Source: a virus (taxonomy: Duplodnaviria > Caudoviricetes). From it: a stretch of 64,000 nucleotides of DNA. The translations under genes and the position numbers were made by a program. Below, piece by piece: positions 37,051-48,400 of the stretch (position 1 is the first letter of the stretch; each line of letters begins with the position of its first letter). The stretch is taken from the IMG/VR virus record IMGVR_UViG_3300021400_000369, positions 1 to 64,000 of that record. One strand, 5' to 3'. The notes under the pieces are model-generated. The model was not told where the DNA came from and did not search any database. It saw nothing but the letters and a program-made list of their open reading frames with translations.

Positions 37051-37420
37051 ACATATAATGACTTATGTGAATCGCCCAGATGAGCGTATAACTCTTATGG
37101 GGCAAACTTATGGGGAGAAGGATGAATTTGGTTTCTCAAAGAAGATTTTTGGAGAAATCCAAGAACTTCAAGGGGTAATTCAAAGAGACCAAGATACTGA
37201 AATCGCCGAGAAAGGAACAGAATCCGAACCCTTATACACAGGTTATTTCATACCTGATTTCATAATCAACACGGCGAATGTGAATGATTACAGAATAAAA
37301 TATGAAAGACCACACGAGACTCTGATTCTGAAAATCAGAGAATATAATCCAAACCTGTTTCTTGAACACTCAAGAGACCATATTCAATTAAGATTAATAC
37401 TGGAAAAGAAAAATGTTTGA
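37040..37420 (+). CDS. Head closure protein (putative)
   Basis: Start corrected to MSFKHI; KDEFG motif and position. Confidence 0.55.
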   Translation: MSFKHIMTYVNRPDERITLMGQTYGEKDEFGFSKKIFGEIQELQGVIQRDQDTEIAEKGTESEPLYTGYFIPDFIINTANVNDYRIKYERPHETLILKIREYNPNLFLEHSRDHIQLRLILEKKNV

Positions 37421-37913
37421 ATTAGTTATAGATGATTCTGAATTGAAAGATGTCATGAGAAGAATCCAATTAATGGAGGAGCAGGAAGTTTCCGCCGCAA
37501 CCCTTAATGACATAGGTCAGACAGGGGTTCAGAAGGCTCAGAACCATCTTCGTCAGAATGGAAGCGTGAAGACTCAGCAATTATTGAAGGGCATTTCATT
37601 TAAGACATATTCATCCCGCAATAATGAAAGAGTCACATGGAACGCGATGGCTCATAATTCAAAAGGAGATAACTATGCTCCATATGTCGAATATGGAACA
37701 ATCAAATCAACAGCCAAGCCGTTCATGCGTCCAATGCTGTCTGAAATGGGACCAATAGCCGCCCAGAAAGCCATGGAAGAAAAGCTTAACGCTTTCACGA
37801 AAGGCAGGACGACATTGAAGAACAACATTTCAACGCCATCAAAAAGTAACTTATCAACAAGAACAAAAACAAGAAACTACCAAGGTCACGTGAAATACCA
37901 TAAAAGGGGATAA
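37413..37913 (+). CDS. HK97 gp10-like neck protein
   Basis: VKTQQLLKGI...YAPYVEYGT...AKPFMRP. Confidence 0.8.
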   Translation: MFELVIDDSELKDVMRRIQLMEEQEVSAATLNDIGQTGVQKAQNHLRQNGSVKTQQLLKGISFKTYSSRNNERVTWNAMAHNSKGDNYAPYVEYGTIKSTAKPFMRPMLSEMGPIAAQKAMEEKLNAFTKGRTTLKNNISTPSKSNLSTRTKTRNYQGHVKYHKRG

Positions 37914-37916
37914 TGA

Positions 37917-38678
37917 ATGAATATCGCCATAAAAACAATATTGGAGGTTCTCGGGGATGAAACAGAGCAAGGATACGCATTGCCTTTTTCACCAACCCTG
38001 TCAATTCCAATTTTTCTAAACAAGGATGATACAACAGTTTATCCCGAGATTCGCGTTTCACCATTCATCCAACAGGATGAATACCATGTGAATAGATGGA
38101 CCAATCATTGTTTAAGGGAATACGTGGATTATCGTGTTGGGAAATTCCAGATCGATATATATGCCAGGGAACTGAGCCTTGTCAATAAGATATATGAAGT
38201 ATTGAGAATCAGAATGTACGAGTTCTTCAATCTCGAAATATACACGTTTGATTATAATGAATACTTTGAAGTAGAAGATGACCATTACAAGAACATAAGC
38301 TATGGGATCGGAGATCTCTTTAATGACATATACTACATAACTGTTGATGAGAAACAGCTCACAAGAACCCAGTCTTTAGATGATTTGACAGATGACAGCT
38401 TTTTTGTCAATGATGAAGCCTTATATGTGAAAACCGATTTGGATTTAACAAAGATCAAGATAGCGGTGATAACCCAAGGCAGATTGTTAAGCAATCATGA
38501 TTCATTATTAAACAGGGGAATAGTTTATTATGAAATATCCTCAGCCAAGAATCTCAGCGAATTGCAAAACAATGAAGTTGAAAGGTTGTCATTTGATATA
38601 GAAGTCTTGTTTGGATTGAAAAATCAAAGAAGCAAGATTCCAAAACTAAACAAAGTGATGCTCAATGGCGAGAACTAG
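37917..38678 (+). CDS. Tail terminator (putative)
   Basis: FQIDIYA motif; position before the sheath gene. Confidence 0.55.
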   Translation: MNIAIKTILEVLGDETEQGYALPFSPTLSIPIFLNKDDTTVYPEIRVSPFIQQDEYHVNRWTNHCLREYVDYRVGKFQIDIYARELSLVNKIYEVLRIRMYEFFNLEIYTFDYNEYFEVEDDHYKNISYGIGDLFNDIYYITVDEKQLTRTQSLDDLTDDSFFVNDEALYVKTDLDLTKIKIAVITQGRLLSNHDSLLNRGIVYYEISSAKNLSELQNNEVERLSFDIEVLFGLKNQRSKIPKLNKVMLNGEN

Positions 38679-38850
38679 AAAAACAAAAACAAAAGCAAAA
38701 GCAAAAAAGATTGAGCCAAAAAGATACACTTTTGGTGATATCAAGGAAATGTATGGATATACATTTGCGGAATTAAAATTAAAATATATAATAAATAATA
38801 TTGATATTAATGACAAGCTCTCTAAAGAAGAGTTCGAAAAACTAAAATAA
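38665..38850 (+). CDS. Small basic protein
   Basis: 61 aa, between the terminator and sheath genes. Confidence 0.6.
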   Translation: MARTRKTKTKAKAKKIEPKRYTFGDIKEMYGYTFAELKLKYIINNIDINDKLSKEEFEKLK

Positions 38851-38862
38851 GGAGAAAAAATA

Positions 38863-40752
38863 ATGGTTGTTAAAATACCTACATTTAGATTATTAGACGT
38901 AACTGCTGGAAATTTAGATGTTGTTAGAAACTCCGAGTATCTTTTCGCATATGTCATTGAAGCGACCAAGGGACCTATTCTCACCCCTACTTTCGTTCGT
39001 TCCAATGGTGAAGCAAAAGATATCTTCGGAGTAGATTTTGGACCTCATTTCGACCAAAATCCAAAAGGACTGCTTATTGTCAGAGTACAATATGATGGTA
39101 TGGAGTACAACTCTATCCAATACACATTTGAAGAAGCAGGAAGTTACACCATAAGAAGAACCAGTAAAGGAAAACCAATAGAAGACACCAAAGTATTAAT
39201 CAAGAAAGATCCAGATTATGATGGATACAGATTAATCCTCAAAGTCCCTGAATTAGGAGAAAAAACCTATAAAGGTATCAGTTCATTAGGAAACGTATTC
39301 GACCGTATCCAAACCATGGCTGGAGATTACCTTGAAATCGTTGACGATGGTTTAACCGCCGAAAAGAATGATGGTCAGGATTATTTAGTAACCGCTACCG
39401 ACAACAAGCTCAAAGGTTACTTTGAAGTCACCTCAGAAGCAGGAGACGGTGTGTTAACTGGAGGTTCTAATGGTAAAGTGCAAACTTCCGAAGCAGGAGA
39501 ACCTACTGTCACCTACACTTATGAATCATACACTCCTAAAAAATATGTGCTCACAACCAGCATCCTTGAAGACAATTCCGGTTCAAACTCATTCTTTGTC
39601 GATGCAAACGGAACAACCAAAACTTCCAACAGCGATGCAGTAACCACCTTTGAAGATGGAAAAACCGAAGACGATTACACCGAAGTATTTGAACAAAAAT
39701 CCCATACCGAAACCGCTGAGGCAACCTACATGGATGTAGGAGCTGACGGAACTCTCGTTCCATCCCAAGCAACCGACATCGATGACGACGCTAAAGCAGC
39801 AGCCGCAGCAGGTCAGAAGAAAGTATTTGAAAAAGCATTCAGAGAATTAGAGGGAGAAGATGTTCTCGGAGTATCAGTATTATCCAGATCTCCAATACCA
39901 CACGATGTAATGGTAACCCACGTCAACAGTATGAACGAAGAAGATGTCGCAAGAATCAGATTCGGTATCACCGGATTCATCCCAGAAAGTTCTGGAAAAG
40001 ACTTCAACACGGGCGTTAAAAACAAACAAACCCCATACGGCTCTGCCGGAGCATACATCCAGGCAATGAGCGAAGCAGAAGCATACAACGACCCATACAT
40101 CATCTACATCGGTCAAGGTGTAGTATTCAAAGAAGACGAATACTCCCAAGCAACCTACCTCGAACCATGGCAATGTGTACAATTATACACCGGTATCCGT
40201 TCTCACCTCGCATACCAGTACGCAATCTTTGGTGGAGAAGACAAGAAAGTTCTCAATGGTGTAAAAGACATCATTCCATTCGATTACAATATGGATATGA
40301 ATGCTCTCAGAAACACCATGATTGAAATGAACCAAGCTGGATGTATCATCTTCAAGAAAGAATATGGTAAAGTAACCTTTGTAGAAGGAGTAACCACTTC
40401 CAGTTCCGATGTCTTATCACACGAGTCCATCATGTCAATCGTGGCTCATGTAGAGAAAAGACTCATTACAATCTGCAAGCCTTACCAAGGTCAGAACTTA
40501 ACTGAGGACTTAAAAGCTACCCTCAGAACCGCATTATCAAATGAATTAAGAAACATCACCGAAACCGATAAATCATTAATCTCTATCGAAGAATACGGCC
40601 TCACCCCATGGGATGTAGATGTATCCTCAGCAGCAATGGTAAGATTCGATGACAAAGGTACTCTTATCAGAGAATCCAAGATTGTTATCAGAACCAAGAT
40701 TGTGCCTGTTGGAGCTTTAAGAGATATTGATTTAGGTGTAATTGTAATATAA
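38863..40752 (+). CDS. Tail sheath protein
   Basis: 629 aa; ATKGPILTPT N-terminus, LTGGSNG, C-terminal IVPVGALRDI. Confidence 0.85.
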   Translation: MVVKIPTFRLLDVTAGNLDVVRNSEYLFAYVIEATKGPILTPTFVRSNGEAKDIFGVDFGPHFDQNPKGLLIVRVQYDGMEYNSIQYTFEEAGSYTIRRTSKGKPIEDTKVLIKKDPDYDGYRLILKVPELGEKTYKGISSLGNVFDRIQTMAGDYLEIVDDGLTAEKNDGQDYLVTATDNKLKGYFEVTSEAGDGVLTGGSNGKVQTSEAGEPTVTYTYESYTPKKYVLTTSILEDNSGSNSFFVDANGTTKTSNSDAVTTFEDGKTEDDYTEVFEQKSHTETAEATYMDVGADGTLVPSQATDIDDDAKAAAAAGQKKVFEKAFRELEGEDVLGVSVLSRSPIPHDVMVTHVNSMNEEDVARIRFGITGFIPESSGKDFNTGVKNKQTPYGSAGAYIQAMSEAEAYNDPYIIYIGQGVVFKEDEYSQATYLEPWQCVQLYTGIRSHLAYQYAIFGGEDKKVLNGVKDIIPFDYNMDMNALRNTMIEMNQAGCIIFKKEYGKVTFVEGVTTSSSDVLSHESIMSIVAHVEKRLITICKPYQGQNLTEDLKATLRTALSNELRNITETDKSLISIEEYGLTPWDVDVSSAAMVRFDDKGTLIRESKIVIRTKIVPVGALRDIDLGVIVI

Positions 40753-40765
40753 GGAGGAATAATTA

Positions 40766-41221
40766 ATGGCAGACGAAAACTCAACTCAAATCTGGACTAA
40801 TGGTTATATTGTTCTCGGAGCTTCAACCAGAATCCCAGTAGAAGAAGTATCTATCGATTTAAGTCGTGATTTAAAAGAATATTACAATTCAGGAAGCCCA
40901 AAAGCAGCAGCTCTTATACCAGGAAATGAAAAGATTGATTTTAAAATCAAAAGAATCTTTTCCAACATCACCTTGATGAACATTTACCTGAAAAGATGTC
41001 AGTTCAACATGGTTCTTTTCAACAACACCGCTGACCCGGGAAACAACGCTACCGGACAACAGGTTTGTGCTTTAACCGGTTGCTTATTAGAAAAGAACAG
41101 TTTAGGAACTTTAGGTAAAGGGGATCCGGTTGAAGAAGATGTAAGTGGTAAAGCTTTAGATATCACCTTTAACATCACCGAAATCGCATCCTTTGTAAAC
41201 CCTACCTGTAACAACTTATAA
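40766..41221 (+). CDS. Tail tube protein
   Basis: 151 aa immediately after the sheath gene. Confidence 0.75.
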   Translation: MADENSTQIWTNGYIVLGASTRIPVEEVSIDLSRDLKEYYNSGSPKAAALIPGNEKIDFKIKRIFSNITLMNIYLKRCQFNMVLFNNTADPGNNATGQQVCALTGCLLEKNSLGTLGKGDPVEEDVSGKALDITFNITEIASFVNPTCNNL

Positions 41222-41231
41222 GAGCGTTTTT

Positions 41232-41264
41232 AATGATGATCCTATCATAGGATTGTCATTTTTT
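41232..41264 (+). terminator. Hairpin + T-tract after the tube gene
   Basis: AATGATGATCCTA-TCA-TAGGATTGTCATT followed by a T run. Confidence 0.55.
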
Positions 41265-41294
41265 CTATTTTTCATATTTAATATACATTATAAT

Positions 41295-41391
41295 AAGTGT
41301 AAGATTTCAAAGATAAAAGCATCCCCATTTAGTCTTGTCGTGACGAGCGGCGAATTAGGTGCTCTATGGGTTCTTTGATTTTACACTTTTT
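41295..41391 (+). ncRNA. Candidate small structured RNA
   Basis: Terminal stem AAGTGTAA..TCAAAGA / TCTTTGA..TTACACTT with inner helices, an upstream TATA-like box and a downstream T tract. Confidence 0.45.
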
Positions 41392-41482
41392 CAATCAAAT
41401 TAACAACACACTACTTTTTTTAATTAATCTTTAAATATTCATATATCTCATATTTAAATTATAAATAATATGAGGTAATGAA

Positions 41483-42160
41483 ATGAATAACGATTATATC
41501 ATACCAAATGAAGACTGGGACAGTCAAGAAAAAAAAGAAACCGTCAGAATGAAAAACGCAGATCTTCCAGAAGGATTAGAAATCATAGAAGACAAAACCT
41601 ACACCGAAAAGGCTTTAGAAGACATTCAAGAAGCCGCAAAAGAAGAAGGTCTCGAAGGAACTGAGAACCTTGGAGGAGAAGGCGCGTCACCAGAGGAAGT
41701 TATCGCTGCAATGAGAGCGGAATCTATGCCAGAAGGAGCTGTCAAAGCTAAAGTAGAGTATGAAGATAAAAAAATCAAAGAATTCAAGGAAATCACCGCT
41801 ACAAGAGACATGCTTTTCAACAGATTAAAAAAGCCTGTAAAAGTATACATTGATGTTGGAGAAGATCCGGCAACACATGAACCGGTGAAAATGTCATTCA
41901 TGGTTAGGAAATTATCCGAGACAGAAAACAATCACCTGTTGAATCACAGATTAATCGGAAAGAAACTCAATGAATTAACCATGGCAGAATATGAGGAATC
42001 CATGGCATTCAGAAGAAGAACTCTGGCTTCAACTGTCATTCAACCAAGATTAACTGAACAGGAATGGGCGGATAATGTTGAAAATGGTATTATTGTAGCA
42101 CTCTTTGATGAGGTTCAAAAGGTATTAACGGATATTTCCGATGTAGACTCATTTCAATAA
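41483..42160 (+). CDS. Tail assembly chaperone
   Basis: Acidic 225 aa between the tube and tape measure genes. Confidence 0.7.
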   Translation: MNNDYIIPNEDWDSQEKKETVRMKNADLPEGLEIIEDKTYTEKALEDIQEAAKEEGLEGTENLGGEGASPEEVIAAMRAESMPEGAVKAKVEYEDKKIKEFKEITATRDMLFNRLKKPVKVYIDVGEDPATHEPVKMSFMVRKLSETENNHLLNHRLIGKKLNELTMAEYEESMAFRRRTLASTVIQPRLTEQEWADNVENGIIVALFDEVQKVLTDISDVDSFQ

Positions 42161-42356
42161 ATATTATGAGCAGATCAAGGATTCAAGACAATTGCAGCTT
42201 GATGGTGAATTATGCCTAATGTTAAGGAAGACACCATCGGAAATAGGTGAACTTGAAAGAAAAGGATTTCTTTCATATGAGGAGAAAATGTTTTTATACG
42301 CTTTCCTGCAATGGAGGCAGGAATTTCAATTAGAATATCATGTTAGTTTATTTTAG
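42153..42356 (+). CDS. Tail chaperone C-terminal extension via probable +1 frameshift
   Basis: 67 open codons in the +1 frame starting at TTT-CAA-TAA; KTPSEIGEL...EKMFLY resembles gpT-like extensions. Confidence 0.55.
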   Translation, partial: FNKYYEQIKDSRQLQLDGELCLMLRKTPSEIGELERKGFLSYEEKMFLYAFLQWRQEFQLEYHVSLF

Positions 42357-42388
42357 CATAACCGTTTAATGGTTATGCTTTTTTTTTA
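42355..42388 (+). terminator. Hairpin + T-tract upstream of the tape measure gene
   Basis: AGCATAACCG-TTTAA-TGGTTATGCT followed by a T run. Confidence 0.55.
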
Positions 42389-42418
42389 GAAAAATTTCAA
42401 TAAAAAGGTCGTAAAATA

Positions 42419-45400
42419 ATGGTTCAAGAAGATATGAATATTAACATGTCCTTTGTGGCAAAGGACATGAGCGGTATTGTAGCGGCTCAGACAAACCTCA
42501 ACCAACTGGTTGGAGTATTCTCCAATGTTGGTGAAGGAATCGCTAGAAATGTCGGAGCTATAGACGCCGCAGTAGCAACCGCAGGGGTTAGCCTCGGAAT
42601 TTTATCAACACAAGCCGCAAGGGCATATGGAGAATTTGAAAGAGGACAGGCTATTGTACAAACCGTTTCAGGTTCAACTAATGCGGAAATGCAGATACTC
42701 GGTCATACAGCTCAACAATTCTCATCAGAATTCAGGATGGGAATAGATGATGTGAACGAAGGTCTGACAACATTAGGCAGAGCCGGTTTGACAGATGTGA
42801 ACAATCAGATAGAAACATTAAGACAAGGATTTTCTTTGGCTAAGATTGAGGGTATGAATTTAGCTACGGCTTTGGAAGAGATTGTTCAAACCACTTCATT
42901 ATTAGGTGGTGACATTCAAAGTAGCGATTTTGGTATGGATACTGAAAAAGTCACCAATATGCTTGTAGGAACATCCTTAAGTGGCCCTTTGAACGTTAAT
43001 GATGTTGTTCAGACCCTGAAATATGTTGGAGGTACCGCGGCAGCCGCAGGAGCGAACTTAAGCAATGAAGACCTATTATACGACCTTATGGGTACTACAT
43101 CAGCTTTCGCTCAAAAAGGTGTAGTTGGTTCAATGGCCGGTACCGCATTAAGAGCCTTCCTGTCCAAACCAGCTACACAGGATAGTTCAGTATGGGAAGC
43201 GTTGAAGGAAATAGGCTTAGAACCGTATAGTCTCTGGGAAGATGGTCAACAGGAAATGAAACCAATCTCAGAACAGATTCGTATCATTCGTCAGGCAATG
43301 AAAGATAATAACAAATCCACAATGGACCAGCTTGAAATATGGGGGAAACTTGTTGGTACAAAGATGGGCCAGCAGATGATGAAGCTTGATGAAAATACGA
43401 TTCAAGAAAGCACCGCGAAAATCCGTGAGAAGGCAAGCGCGGAGACTTTGGCTAATAGGAGCATGCAGAACTTCGCTTCACAACAAGAAGAGATAATGAA
43501 ATCATTGGAAACCATTTGGAGAAATTATGGTAAGACCATAGCTGATGTCTTATCTCCAATACTTGAGATAATGAAGCCAATTGTTGATTTCCTTGCGAAC
43601 GATTCATATGGTAGTAAGTTTGCTATCTGGGGTATTGTCGCTATAGTTAATACTCTTTTAGGCAAGGCACTTGGTTCTATCCGAGAAGTATTGAAGTTTG
43701 TTACAGAATTGGTTTCCAAGGCTCGAGAACAGGTGAGTTTAACAACTCAAGAGTCAGCAACAACAGAAGAATTATTAGCTCAAAATAAAGCATTGACTGG
43801 TGAATTAGAAAAACAGGCTCAGGCGAAACAAAAGATAGCCACATACTCCAATGTTGATGAAACACATATGAGATACCAAACCGGAGGAAACGGTTTTGGA
43901 AAAACCTTATATATGCATCCAGATGCGGTTAACGCATTAACTCCCGCCCAAAGAACTCAAAATGGATTATTATTAAATGAATTACAAGCCCTTAAAGAAG
44001 TTGGGAACACAAATGCCGCCATCAAAGATGAGTTTAAGAATGTTGTTCAGAGTTATTATCAGCAAGAAGTCGCTCCGTTCTTAGCGATGGGAGGAGATAA
44101 AAGTGATTTCTCAGGTTATATTGATGCAAGTGTAATAGATGAGAATCTCCCTAATACAATGAAAATGTTTGGTGGCGATTACAGCCCAGAACTTCAATAT
44201 CACATCCGAAATGAATTAGGTCGACAAATACGCAATGCCGCATTATATGGGAAAACCGATGCGAACGGCAACATTAAAGTTAGATATATCGGCAATATGA
44301 TAGCGGATGCTTTTGGAGGAGCTATATATAAAAGCGGAGACTTTTCCGGAAACATCTTTTCATATGATAAAGGGCTTGGTCAATATGGTGTTTTGAATGC
44401 GAAAACAGGAACATTAGATACTCGTAAGGATTCAACAACAGGATATTTCGGTGTATCAAATTATGGACAATATGAAGACAAACCGGGAAATCCGGGAAAA
44501 GCCGTCGCCCTTATGGATCCAAATAAATTCATATCATCCGATGATGGCATGAATTATAGAAGAACTGTTTTAGATAGGATAAGTCGTGATTTAAGTAACA
44601 CTACTCAGGGTTTAAATGATATTAACAATTCTATCGTTTCCGCAACTAATGTATTTTCTCAGAGCATGCCTCAAAATAATACAGCGCTTCAGACGGATGC
44701 CGCTACGGGAAATTCAAACTCATCATCTGATTATAAGCGTAATTGGGGAGATAAGGTTTCAACGAATTGGGCTAACAATCTGAACCGTGCGGCTGATAAA
44801 TTATACGAAGCGGCAAGAAGATTAAGTAGTGATGATTTATATTATAATCGATTAGATAGAAATCGACGAGAATTCATAGGAAATTCATATGATGCAAATG
44901 GACAAAGAGTGAGCGGTAATGTTAAAATTAATCCAGCGACAAATCAGGTTTATATTAAAGCCGATGATGGAAAGTGGATTAATAAAGGAGCGCAATTCAG
45001 AGGCAAGAAAGATGAAGAGTACGAAGTTTTAGAATACTCTAATTATTCAAAAGATTCTTCATTTGAACAGAGAAAACCTGTTATTGTTAGGGATAGATAT
45101 AATAAAGTATTGCGATATGATTACAATAAGGATGATTATTATCCTGTAACTTTAAATGATACTCGTTCAGAACAAGCCAGATATGCAGCGGAAGCTAATA
45201 GAAGATTATATAACACAAGCAGAAGTGTTAAATATAATAAATTAGATTACGCTGGAAATGAATTTGTTCATTTCCAGGAAAATGATATAGATGAAGACAA
45301 GATCAAGAACCTCGGCTCCGACACTCGTCTGCAATCTCAGGCAACAGGACAAAAAGGACATTATGTCGCCAAGATCAATCCGGAAACAAACGCATTGGGA

Positions 45401-48400
45401 TTAGCTCATGCAATGGAAGATGACAGAGGTTTCCAATGGGTTACATGGAAATGGTACGCTGATAGAGGAAAAGGGTTAAGCAATGAAGAATTATCACCAT
45501 TTGGCTTGTCACATCCTGTGATTAATGGAAAAGAAGATAGAACAGTATTGCAGCATATGGTTGATGGGGTTGCAAAAGATATTGTTACAAATATGGAAAG
45601 AAACCCTGTTGCCGTGAGACAAGCGATAATCAATCAAAGAGATACTTTTGCGGGAGCTCAACGTCCATCAAAACAATATAGAGATTCCATATCAACAGGA
45701 GTGAACGGAATTGATATTGACAAATATTATCCTTATGGATATAGCGACAAATATGACACATATTTAGCTAAGAACAAAGAACAAACACCAAGGGATAATA
45801 CGGTCAATGGATTATTGAATACAATCGTAGATAGCTTAGGCACTATTAAAGGTCATACAAAACTCCTTAATAATATCAAGGGATATCAGGATAATATCAG
45901 TAGTAAAGTCAGCAGTATCTATTATGACTTGAATAATTTTATTAACAGAAACACATACACATCCTTGAATGGAGATCAGAAAAACAATATTGGATTAGAA
46001 TCAGGTAAGGCAGCGTTAGCTAGGGATTTAGGTGTTTATGATGACAACATGTCAGCAATGCGTCTTAATATTGATGAAAGATTAAGAAATATTGAAAATA
46101 CATATCCGTCCACCGGTAGCGGAAGATTCAAAACATATAATGATTCAGACATTCAAAGAGAATACAGTCAATTAATCGGGATCAAAAAAGAATTGGATAA
46201 CGCCGAATATGCTCTAAACGGAAGACCTTTTGGAAATCAGTTTAGGGATAAATTCCTAGCGATTGATACGGAAAACACGGGTCTCGATCCAAGCAAACAT
46301 AGGATGATTCAGGTTGGCGTTCAGAAATTTGAAAACGGAATAGCAACAACAGGTTTTGAGAAGAACATAAATCAGCCTGATGAAATCGCCCGACTTATGG
46401 AGCAAGAACCTGATTCTCCCGCTCTTAGAATGTTGCATAATATTGATGGGCTGAGATCAAATAACACTTTCGCAAATGGAGTTTCAGAACTCGATGCCTT
46501 AGTTGATTTGTTTAATATGTTCAAAGAGGAAGATGTTCTCTCAGGAGCAACTCCTTTAGTCGGTCAAAATATCACTTATGATATGAGTATGTTAAGGGAA
46601 GCCGTGCTTAGGAATGAAGAATTCTTGAAAGCCGCAGGATATGGCATTAATGACTTTAACAATATCAGATTCATAGACACTCAGACAATAGCATCAAGAG
46701 GATTTAATTTCTCAGATAACAAATTAGGCACAATCGCGAGAAACCTTGGCATTGATTTTAATGGAACACAACACACGGCACTTGCTGATGCGGATGTCAC
46801 CGGAAAGTCATTAATTGAAATGTCAAACATTATTGATGCCGACATACCTCGTGATACATTGCAACATATTATTAATATAGAGAATCTTTTAAGGAGACAA
46901 TTTGGAGGAACAAGACAAAGATTAAACTCTAACTCACAACAGTCATCAATAGGAGGCGAATCTTCCACAATAAATAATCCAGCTTCAGGCTTTGAAGACG
47001 AAACACTTATCCCCAATGAAAATAACGATTCTCAAAAAACTCGTAGAGGATTTCTTCGTTTTTCATTTAGAGATGGTTGGAGAAGGATTGCTGATGGTTC
47101 TACAGAATATTTACGTTCCCCAACGGGTGATAAATATCATCGTGCATTTGGAGAATCTGATTGGTTTGATGAAAATAATGAACGCGTTTCTACTATTTTA
47201 CCTCATAAGGAATTTATGCAATTAGAGGGACAGGCTCTTGAGGATGCTATTGCATATCAGAATACGGTCATCCCTAAACATGAGGAATATAATAAATTAA
47301 TGAGTCAACGTGAGCAATTGTGGAAACAATTTGAAGAAGCGAGAGACATTCATTATGCGGCTGGATTACATGGAGATGTTGAAACTTATGAAGCTTATGG
47401 TCAAACCGCAACCGTACTTCGAAATAAAGTAGAAGAAATTGATGATCAATTATATGAAATAATGCCGTTTTTAGATATTGATGAGGCAGAAGAACGCAGA
47501 TTAGAGTATGTTGGACAAAGAAAAGAGCTATTAGATCAGATTTCTGACTTGGAAAGTGATTTAGCGGTTAATGAAGGTAGACCTATTCCAAAAACGGAAC
47601 GTAGACCAAAGCCTGGAAGTAAATGGCGTTATGAAGACGCTAATCAAATCGCTAAAAACACACTTGACGAAGCTATTGAATCAGCGAAAAAAGAAGCGAT
47701 TACTTTTATGGGAACGAAGGAGTTTCAGGAACGTTTCCCAACAGAAGTTATTCCAGATAATTATATGAACGAACCCGGTAGGAATAATTTCAGAAAACCT
47801 AGGGCAGGCAGTAAGAATTATGAAAAACGTCTTGAAAAATATGAAACAAGAGTAAGAAATTATGAAAATAAGAGAGATGTTCTTGCGGAACAATTTGGAT
47901 ATTTAACAGACCTTCGTAATAGTCCTGCTTATAATGTCTTTGATGAGAAAGGGGAACTTGATGATTATTTATTAACAAATTCAACAAGCAAGAGTTTTGG
48001 TCCCGGATCAAGAAGCGGTAAAAAACTTTTAAATGATATTTGGAGAATAAACACAAGAAACAAAGAGAAGATTGAAGTCTCCAATGGGTATATAGAGATT
48101 GAAAGAGACGCCGCCGAAATCGAACAGGAAACAAGAGAAATCAGAGAAAAGAGTGAAAGGATAAAGGCAAAATTAGCAGCTAAAAAAGAACAACTGGCTC
48201 TCATTGAAGCGAAAATTGATAAAGCAGATCAAATGTCAATATACCATGAGAATGCCGCTTTCGATCCAAGAACTGATATCTTTAATCTTGATGATATCAG
48301 CAGGAGAACTGATGATACCCTTAATGTCATCGCTAAATATCTGCAAGGACTTGGATATGATATGACACTTGGAATGGTTGGAGATGATATTGTCAAAGCC

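Noticed and set aside
36174-38850. Histone H3-tail mimicry by MARKATSKK and MARTRKTK N-termini
   Set aside because: Low-complexity Lys/Thr-rich starts are common, and methanogen histones generally lack such tails
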